A stretch of DNA of 64,000 bases from the NCBI GenBank assembly GCA_965261545.1, contig CBDHDF010000002.1:800001-864000 (forward strand), read 5' to 3'. The notes under the pieces are model-generated. The model saw only the letters and a program-made list of their open reading frames with translations, was not told where the DNA came from and did not search any database. The first letter of the stretch is position 1. Each line of letters begins with the position of its first letter. Source of the stretch: Bdellovibrionales bacterium. GTDB taxonomy: Bacteria > Bdellovibrionota > Bdellovibrionia > Bdellovibrionales > UBA1609. The position numbers and the translations under genes were made by a program. Positions 57,485 to 64,000 of the stretch are shown piece by piece.

Positions 57485-58840
57485 ATGAGGGTTATAAAAT
57501 ATTCATTAAAGCATCAAATAAAATTTTCATTTTTCTTGATCTTCATGCTCTATGTCACCACATCTTGTGCGGCAAAAAGTAGGATCATACACAGCCATCC
57601 CACAGCAGCACCCATGAAAAAATCCACCGAAGAGGGAGGAGCTAAAAATGCCATTCTTCTCATTGGAGATGGTCTAGGCCCCACCGTGATTTCAGCCACA
57701 AGAATCCAGTTTTACGGCGTCAAGGGAAGGCTCTTTCTAGATAAAACCCGTCATAGGGGGCTTGTTTCAACTCACTCCCATGACAGCATTGTGACGGACT
57801 CAGCCGCAGCAGCTTCCTCCATGGCCACAGGGTATAAAATTAAAAACGGTGCCCTCAGCCTCTCTCCCTCCTCCCCTAGGCAAGACAAAAAAGACAAGAA
57901 ATACAAAAGAGATAAGAAAAGCAAAAAAACCTCTTCCTCAGAATTCAAAACCATCTTGGAAATGGCCGCAGAACAAGGAAAATCCGTGGGTCTTATCACC
58001 ACTGTGGAGTTTTCCCATGCGACTCCAGCCGCTTTTTACGCCCATGTGCAATCTCGAAGAGATACAGATAAGGTGATTCAATGGTTGGCCAGGAGTCCTG
58101 TAGATATCATCCTCGGAGCGGGTCTCCACTCTTTAGATTCCTATCGCAAAGATTTATCCCCCAAGTTTCGCATTGTCACTCGCATGAATCAGTTGAAATG
58201 TGATTTAACAAAGCCTCTCCTAGGAAGCTTTTTTGGCAAGCGCTTCCCCTTTATTGGAGATGTAGAAAATAAAAAACCTCGCCGAGGGGCACTGAAGAAA
58301 ATGGTTCGTTTTGCCATGGACTGTTTATCAAAAAACCCCAAGGGTTACTTCCTCATGGTGGAATCGGGACAAATTGACCAGGCTCTCCATCGACGTCAGA
58401 TTTGCAATGCCCTCCATGAAACCAAGGAGTTTGATGAGGTGGTTGAGTTTGTTGTCGGACGTGTTAACAAGGAGAAGACCCTTGTTCTCGCCACCGCCGA
58501 CCATGATACAGGTGGCTTGGCCATCAATGGAAAGCTTCTAAGGGGCAAAAAATCACCCTTTTTTACAAAAACTCCCTGCTGGAAAGGAAAGGTAGCAACA
58601 ACCCACCATAAGAAGTTTCCCCAACATGAATATCAAGTTCTCAGAAATTCCACAGACAGTTTACACCCTGAGTTTATGCATATGAATGACTTTGACCCCA
58701 ATAAAAAGCTATTTATAAAATCCACCCATACAGCCCATGATGTGGATCTCTTTGCCTGGGGACAAGGGGCAGAAAAAGTTCATGGTTTTCATGACAATAC
58801 TTATATTTTTACTCTCCTTAAGGAAGCCTTAGAGCTTTAA
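57485..58840 (+). CDS. phoA: Alkaline phosphatase (PhoA family), probable lipoprotein
   Basis: ILLIGDG, TDSAAAA, HATPA, VE.G.ID.A.H, TADH, HTA.DV. Confidence 0.9.
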   Translation: MRVIKYSLKHQIKFSFFLIFMLYVTTSCAAKSRIIHSHPTAAPMKKSTEEGGAKNAILLIGDGLGPTVISATRIQFYGVKGRLFLDKTRHRGLVSTHSHDSIVTDSAAAASSMATGYKIKNGALSLSPSSPRQDKKDKKYKRDKKSKKTSSSEFKTILEMAAEQGKSVGLITTVEFSHATPAAFYAHVQSRRDTDKVIQWLARSPVDIILGAGLHSLDSYRKDLSPKFRIVTRMNQLKCDLTKPLLGSFFGKRFPFIGDVENKKPRRGALKKMVRFAMDCLSKNPKGYFLMVESGQIDQALHRRQICNALHETKEFDEVVEFVVGRVNKEKTLVLATADHDTGGLAINGKLLRGKKSPFFTKTPCWKGKVATTHHKKFPQHEYQVLRNSTDSLHPEFMHMNDFDPNKKLFIKSTHTAHDVDLFAWGQGAEKVHGFHDNTYIFTLLKEALEL

Positions 58841-58854
58841 GGAATTCATTCGGT

Positions 58855-58878
58855 GGTGGGTGCGACGTCTAAGCCCAC
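58855..58878. terminator. Hairpin between convergent genes
   Basis: GGTGGG-N-CCCACC stem; no clear U-tract. Confidence 0.35.
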
Positions 58879-58895
58879 CCTGAGTTTATAGTAGA

Positions 58896-59963
58896 TTAGG
58901 TTAAGGAATATTGGGGGGTCGAACGAAGACCATGGGCACGGGACTCACTTTGTCCCATGGGAGTGACTTCCATGAACTGGGCCTGCTCTCTAATTTCTGG
59001 AATCGAAGGCGCATTGAGATAACTCATTCCACTGCGCAACCCTCCACTGAGCTCATCAATCACATCCTCCACATGGCCTTTGACAGGAACTTTTACAGAT
59101 TCACCCTCTGCCGTCATGCCTTTGGGAATATTTCCTCTCCAAGAGTTTTGAGCTGATTTGGAGGCCATCCCCCTGTACAGTTTGTGCCCGCTTTGAATGG
59201 ACCCTGGAGTCTCAATGGTTCCAGCAAGGACAGAACCCAGCATGACACTGCTGGCTCCTGCGGCAAAGGCTTTGACAATATCTCCCGAGGTGCGTAGTCC
59301 TCCATCAGCAATAATAGGAATATTTTTTTCCTGACCCACATGAGCACACATGGCAATAGCTGTGAGTTGAGGAACACCACAACCAGTGATCACTCGTGTT
59401 GTGCACATGGAGCCTGGACCAATGCCCACCTTAATGGCATCGGCACCGGCATGAATGAGATCTTGTGTGGCCTTGGGAGTGACCACATTCCCTGCAATGA
59501 CAGAAATATCTGGCCATTGGGACTTGAGCCAATCAAGGGTTTTTAGCATCGCTGTTGAATGTCCATGAGCAATATCAATGGTAAGAACTTGAGTTCCTGC
59601 GTCAATCAACTGATGGGCTCGCTCTCGATCCTGGGCATTCACACCGATACTTGCCGCCACACCACCACCACCTTCAAGAGCCATTTTCACCTGTTGAACT
59701 TGGTCGTCCACACTCATAAAGCGATGAATAATTCCAAAGCCACCAAGTTGATGCATTTTTATGGCCATGGGCGCTTCTGTGATGGTGTCCATATTGGCGC
59801 TGACAAATGGGACTTTCAACGGGTATGATTGGGTCAAAATACTTTCTAAGCTGGGGTCCATTCTGGATTCCACATGGGACTTGCGAGGAACGAGGAGAAC
59901 ATCATCAAAAGTAAGGCCCCGGGAGCGATGGGGAATTTGTTGCCAGTTAAATATCAAATCCAT
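58896..59963 (-). CDS. IMP dehydrogenase/GMP reductase family protein lacking the CBS pair
   Basis: [47 protein letters not shown]; only 355 aa. Confidence 0.9.
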   Translation of the reverse strand: MDLIFNWQQIPHRSRGLTFDDVLLVPRKSHVESRMDPSLESILTQSYPLKVPFVSANMDTITEAPMAIKMHQLGGFGIIHRFMSVDDQVQQVKMALEGGGGVAASIGVNAQDRERAHQLIDAGTQVLTIDIAHGHSTAMLKTLDWLKSQWPDISVIAGNVVTPKATQDLIHAGADAIKVGIGPGSMCTTRVITGCGVPQLTAIAMCAHVGQEKNIPIIADGGLRTSGDIVKAFAAGASSVMLGSVLAGTIETPGSIQSGHKLYRGMASKSAQNSWRGNIPKGMTAEGESVKVPVKGHVEDVIDELSGGLRSGMSYLNAPSIPEIREQAQFMEVTPMGQSESRAHGLRSTPQYSLT

Positions 59964-60007
59964 AAATCATCACCCTTCTCATCTTAGACTGCTTTTCATC
60001 TTAATAG

Positions 60008-60808
60008 TTACTTCTCACCCACAATATAAGCCACCCAAGCTTCACAGTTATCACCTTGGTTGGTTTTTGTGAAAACTCCATCTCCCTCACCATCTTCATC
60101 AGTCCCTTCCCAATAGACATGATTGGCCTTAAATCCAACATCGGAAAAAATATCGCGAATTTCAGGAATGGACCACATTCTCCAATCATATGAAAAAGCG
60201 GTCTTCTTAAGTCCACCTTTTTTCTGAAAGTGAATGTAAAAAGTGGCGTCATGGGTGATGGGATTGTAAGTGTCTTGATCCCAAAAATAAGAAAAATTCT
60301 TGTGAACGGTCTCTTCTTCATTGGGCTCTTGACATTCAGTTCCACCAAAACAGTCAAGAATAAAAAGTCCATTATTATTGATAGTTTCATAGACATTCTT
60401 AAAGTAATTGTATAGGATTTCTCGCTCTTTAAAGATATAGTAAGAAAAATTGGCGGCAAGAACGATATCTGTTTTCGTCAATCCAGGGTCTAAGACATTG
60501 GCCTGGTGAATATGAACACGCTTTTGCTGCTCCTTGGAGAGTTGAGAAAGGTAGTTTTCTCTTCCATAGGCAATGGGGCCTGGGTCCAAGTCCACCCCAT
60601 GGGCTATATATGAAGCTCCCAGTTGAGCCCATTCACAGGAAATGGCAAAGGTTCCACAAAAGTCTTCACGCAAGCTCACAGGGGACTTGCCTCGTATATC
60701 TTTATAAGTGTCATGGACAAACTCCACATCACTATCGGGAGCTTGAACAGACATAATGTAGTAGTAGTATTTATCAAAGGAACTTTGAGGTTGAGTTTTT
60801 AGTGGCAC
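60008..60808 (-). CDS. Class I SAM-dependent methyltransferase
   Basis: SVQ.P, LREDFCGT, GVDLD, NFSY, GLFILD.FGG, F.YDWR.W. Confidence 0.8.
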   Translation of the reverse strand: MPLKTQPQSSFDKYYYYIMSVQAPDSDVEFVHDTYKDIRGKSPVSLREDFCGTFAISCEWAQLGASYIAHGVDLDPGPIAYGRENYLSQLSKEQQKRVHIHQANVLDPGLTKTDIVLAANFSYYIFKEREILYNYFKNVYETINNNGLFILDCFGGTECQEPNEEETVHKNFSYFWDQDTYNPITHDATFYIHFQKKGGLKKTAFSYDWRMWSIPEIRDIFSDVGFKANHVYWEGTDEDGEGDGVFTKTNQGDNCEAWVAYIVGEK

Positions 60809-60920
60809 AATCGAACTCCTTATATATATTGAATTGAATCTATTTTAATCTAGACCCTTGGCTCTGCTTTGCCAATAATAAATACGAATGATAAATACAA
60901 TGATAAGTACTACGACTATG

Positions 60921-61979
60921 TTAGGGTTTTTCTTTAAGCAATTCTTGGGTTTCATGCAATATATTTTCATATTGTGGAACAGAGGCTTCTTCTAGGTTCG
61001 TATGAAGGCCAATGCCAGGCAAGTTTTTTCCCGCCAAAACCCTTGGACTTGCCATTAATTGATAAAACAACTCACGGGTGACACGATAGGAGAGATGCTC
61101 GGCAAAATTGGTCACCTCCGTGTCTTCATTCACAAATAAAACCTTTCCCGTCTTGGACACAGAGGCTTTAATGAGTTGCCAGTCATAGGGATAAATGGAG
61201 CGCAAATCAATAACCTCCACCCTTATGCCTTTGGATTGGAGGGTCTCTGCGACTTTAATACACAAAGGAAGCATTCGTCCATAACTCACAAGAGTGGCTT
61301 GATCCCCCTCACGTCTCACACATCCTTGACCTATGGGAACTTCCACGAGATCAAGTTCTGGCCACTGGGGCTTCCAATTTGTTCGATCCCCTACGGGAGC
61401 ATCAATAAGGGCTTTCAATGCCTTGGGGCCACCACTGGGTTCGCCGGGAATAAGTTCCTTACCAGGTATCCTTAACAAAGCCTTGGGAGGTAAAAACATG
61501 ACGGGGTTGGGGTCCTTTATGGCAGAGATTAAAAGGCCATAGGCTTCCTTGGGTGTGGAGGGAATGACCACTTTCCAACCAGGAAGTCGACTGGCCAGGG
61601 CATCAAAGCTATGACTATGATAGATGGACCCATGAATTCCTGCTCCTACGGGGGTCATGAGAACCAGTGGAAGGTGGTAATTACCATGACTCACCCAGTG
61701 GGTATTGCCCACGATTTTTAACAAATCAATGGTATTAAATATATAGTCACAAAATTGGATTTCAGCCACACACCGGTCCCCCGTCATGGCAATTCCCATG
61801 GCCATTCCCACAATGCCACGCTCATCCAAGGGGGAGTTCCAAGTGGTTTCCAAACCTTGAGTGGCCGTAAAAACGCCACCTAGGGGAGCCCCCACATCTT
61901 GACCAAAAATATCGGTCACATCGAGATATTTTTCCCCATAATGCAAAGCCATTCGAATGGCTTGGGCCATATTTGCCAC
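60921..61979 (-). CDS. 2-oxoacid dehydrogenase E1 beta subunit (branched-chain-like)
   Basis: IFGQDVG...GGVF.AT.GL, PLDE.GIVG, AEIQF.DY, YHS, EVIDLRS. Confidence 0.92.
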   Translation of the reverse strand: MANMAQAIRMALHYGEKYLDVTDIFGQDVGAPLGGVFTATQGLETTWNSPLDERGIVGMAMGIAMTGDRCVAEIQFCDYIFNTIDLLKIVGNTHWVSHGNYHLPLVLMTPVGAGIHGSIYHSHSFDALASRLPGWKVVIPSTPKEAYGLLISAIKDPNPVMFLPPKALLRIPGKELIPGEPSGGPKALKALIDAPVGDRTNWKPQWPELDLVEVPIGQGCVRREGDQATLVSYGRMLPLCIKVAETLQSKGIRVEVIDLRSIYPYDWQLIKASVSKTGKVLFVNEDTEVTNFAEHLSYRVTRELFYQLMASPRVLAGKNLPGIGLHTNLEEASVPQYENILHETQELLKEKP

Positions 61980-62050
61980 AGTTCACTCACTTCCATTCAT
62001 ATTCATCGCGTTTATCGTGTTCATCATGTTAGAAATGTCTCCAATTTATT

Positions 62051-63067
62051 TTAGAAATATCTCCAATCACCATTTTCTTCACCTGCAAAATAATGACTCC
62101 AAAGGCTGTCCACAGATGGGTCCGCCTCTCCACGGACTATTTCTTGGGCTTTTCGAGCCTCAGTTTCATATTGAGACCATGTGGACTTGGCCTTAGATTC
62201 CGTCAAAACTCCTCCTTTGAGGAGTTTTGACTCAAAGGTCTTTAGACAATCTTCTTCCTCTACAGGATTAGCTCCCGAGGCCGAAGAGTGGCCATAGATC
62301 CTAGAAACACGAGCTTCCAATACCACTGGATTTCCCGTCTTACGAATATAATCCCACTCCTCCCCCATGCGAATATAAGACTCAATGGGGTCATTGCCAT
62401 TGATGACCGCTGTTCTCATCTGAAAAGATTTTCCCCGATCCGCCACATGTTCTTCCCCGTGTTGACTACCGTAGGAGGTGGAAATTCCCCACGAATTATT
62501 TTGAACTGTGATGAGCATGGGAAGCTCCCTTTGAGGGCGTGAGGCCCATATGAGACAGCTTGCAAAGTCCCCTTCCGCCGAGCCCGCATCTCCCCCTGTC
62601 ACAATGGTGACTCCCTTGGACTTGTGACGCCTCTGGGCCCAAGCCGTTCCAATGGCCATGCTGTATTGCACTCCTATGGGTGAGGACACGGGAGCCACAT
62701 TCCAATCGGGATAACAGTAGTGATTTGAAAAGTTACGCCCCCCCGAACTCCGATCTGTGGCCTTGTTCATAATGAGACGAATGGGGTCTATGATTTCCAT
62801 GCCAAGGGCGATCAGGGTGGACGTGCAGCGATAATGGAGATGAAACCAATCGTGATTGACTCCCCGTCCCTTGTTGGCAAGAAGTCCCAAGGGAACACCG
62901 AAAGCCTCTTCTCCAGGACCTCCAATCCAAAAATAGGCTTCCCCAACCTTGTAGATTTTGACCATGCGTTCTTCCACCACCCTGGACTTCACCATAAGGT
63001 CATAGATACGCAAAAGAAGCTGGGGGGGCAATAAACCTAAATCTCCCTTTTGAGTCATAAGTTTCAT
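62051..63067 (-). CDS. 2-oxoacid dehydrogenase E1 alpha subunit
   Basis: GEEA, HYR, GGR, TPP motif GDAG.AEG..QNN.WGIS, RIYGHSS. Start uncertain (63058 or 63067). Confidence 0.92.
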   Translation of the reverse strand: MKLMTQKGDLGLLPPQLLLRIYDLMVKSRVVEERMVKIYKVGEAYFWIGGPGEEAFGVPLGLLANKGRGVNHDWFHLHYRCTSTLIALGMEIIDPIRLIMNKATDRSSGGRNFSNHYCYPDWNVAPVSSPIGVQYSMAIGTAWAQRRHKSKGVTIVTGGDAGSAEGDFASCLIWASRPQRELPMLITVQNNSWGISTSYGSQHGEEHVADRGKSFQMRTAVINGNDPIESYIRMGEEWDYIRKTGNPVVLEARVSRIYGHSSASGANPVEEEDCLKTFESKLLKGGVLTESKAKSTWSQYETEARKAQEIVRGEADPSVDSLWSHYFAGEENGDWRYF

Positions 63068-63215
63068 TGTGTAAAGGAAATGCAAAGAACTGTCCATGCT
63101 TTTTCGCTGGTTTTTCACTGCTATAAACAAGGGTAAGAGTGCCCATAATTGTCTCAATGACAAAAAAGGGCGGCTTTATGGGGCTGATCTCTTGATAGAA
63201 AATCTAGAAGGTGAG

Positions 63216-63272
63216 TCATTTCAATAAATTATAATTTTCTCCCAAAGTTTTTTTGTTGGCACTGACTTTGCT
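63216..63272 (+). promoter_or_regulatory. Candidate sigma54 promoter with upstream IHF-like site
   Basis: TTGGCACTGACTTTGCT (63256-63272); TTTCAATAAATTA (63219-63231). Confidence 0.75.
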
Positions 63273-63543
63273 TTATAAAAAGGTATAGGAAACAAAGCTT
63301 TTTGGGCACCAAGGAAAGTGAATCAAGCATCATGGCATCCATTTAAAAGCTTTATCTTGCACCAAGCGACTAGCGATTCATCAGGCATCTTTCTTATGGA
63401 TTAAAAGTCCCATTTTGGCACCACTTAATTAAGAATTTTTTAATTATTATAGATATTATAAGTTATCATTTGCCCAGTTACCTACAGGTTGTATCATGGC
63501 AATCGAGCCTTGGGGCTCTGGGAGAAAAGCAAGGAGTAAAATC

Positions 63544-63798
63544 ATGTCCATTCATACAGAACTTATGTTAGCAGTACCGGGAGAGAAGGTCTTAGGTGGC
63601 TCATTGGGCGTATCCAGCCCTGTATTAAAGGAGTCCAATGTTGTGTCTTCTTTTACGACCTATGGTGTTCACGCTGAGCCAGAAGCTCCTGCGGATGGCA
63701 TCCTTCAATTAAAAAAGAATCTGTCTCAGTTAGAGAGTCTTCAAAGTCGAATGCTCTTTATGATAGATGAAATTCAAGGTCTTGTGTTAAAATCCTAG
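63544..63798 (+). CDS. Small hypothetical protein with C-terminal coiled-coil-like helix
   Basis: AAGGAG precedes ATG 63544; LKKNLSQLESLQSRMLFMIDEI. Confidence 0.6.
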   Translation: MSIHTELMLAVPGEKVLGGSLGVSSPVLKESNVVSSFTTYGVHAEPEAPADGILQLKKNLSQLESLQSRMLFMIDEIQGLVLKS

Positions 63799-64000
63799 CA
63801 TGGTTCTTTGTTCAAGCTGACCGCTCAAAGCGGTCTGGACGGATACGCCGGCTATAACTTAAAACAACTTTAGTGTACTCTCAAATGACAATCTCATCTC
63901 AATCAACTGGACTCCTCCAACATAGCTGGAGGTTTATCTTTTATAATTAAATAATATCAAATACTTAATACTACAACTTATATCTATAAGTTGCAATTTC

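Noticed and set aside
58852..58883. REP-like GGGTGGGCTT..CCCACC element
   Set aside because: Single copy in the window and no RAYT transposase; kept only as a hairpin.
63820..63932. Hairpins GACCGCT/AGCGGTC and CCTCCA/TGGAGG as a riboswitch
   Set aside because: No recognisable aptamer consensus, and the downstream context is cut off by the window edge.

Overview
This is a mostly housekeeping chromosomal window with about 57 CDS. I found no rRNA, tRNA or CRISPR array. The gene content (CarD, PilZ, HD-GYP, PA14 and matrixin lipoproteins, sigma54- and sigma28-type promoters, rimM-trmD-rplS-rnhB-yraN, rph-rdgB) suggests a Gram-negative Bdellovibrionota-like bacterium; this placement is inference only. 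Accessory DNA consists of one Rv2807/ISNCY-like DDE insertion sequence with multi-site ends and two AT-rich paralogous DUF285/BspA-type repeat lipoprotein genes. The most notable observations are: (1) a tiny ~59-nt sigma54-driven sRNA candidate with an anti-Shine-Dalgarno loop (51592-51650); (2) a DUF285 gene cassette bracketed by an exact 11-bp direct repeat, abutting (3) an unannotated ~180-nt structured RNA candidate with two alternative folds; (4) an LdcA-Mpl fusion joined at a C11 tract, followed by a signal-less amidase; (5) an fmt gene split by a one-base frameshift and fused in frame to rpe; (6) a PilZ gene coupled to an RRE-like/pseudo-M50/tandem-cNMP membrane protein; and (7) pervasive short tandem duplications. 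All calls come from reading motifs by eye; no database searches or folding programs were run.
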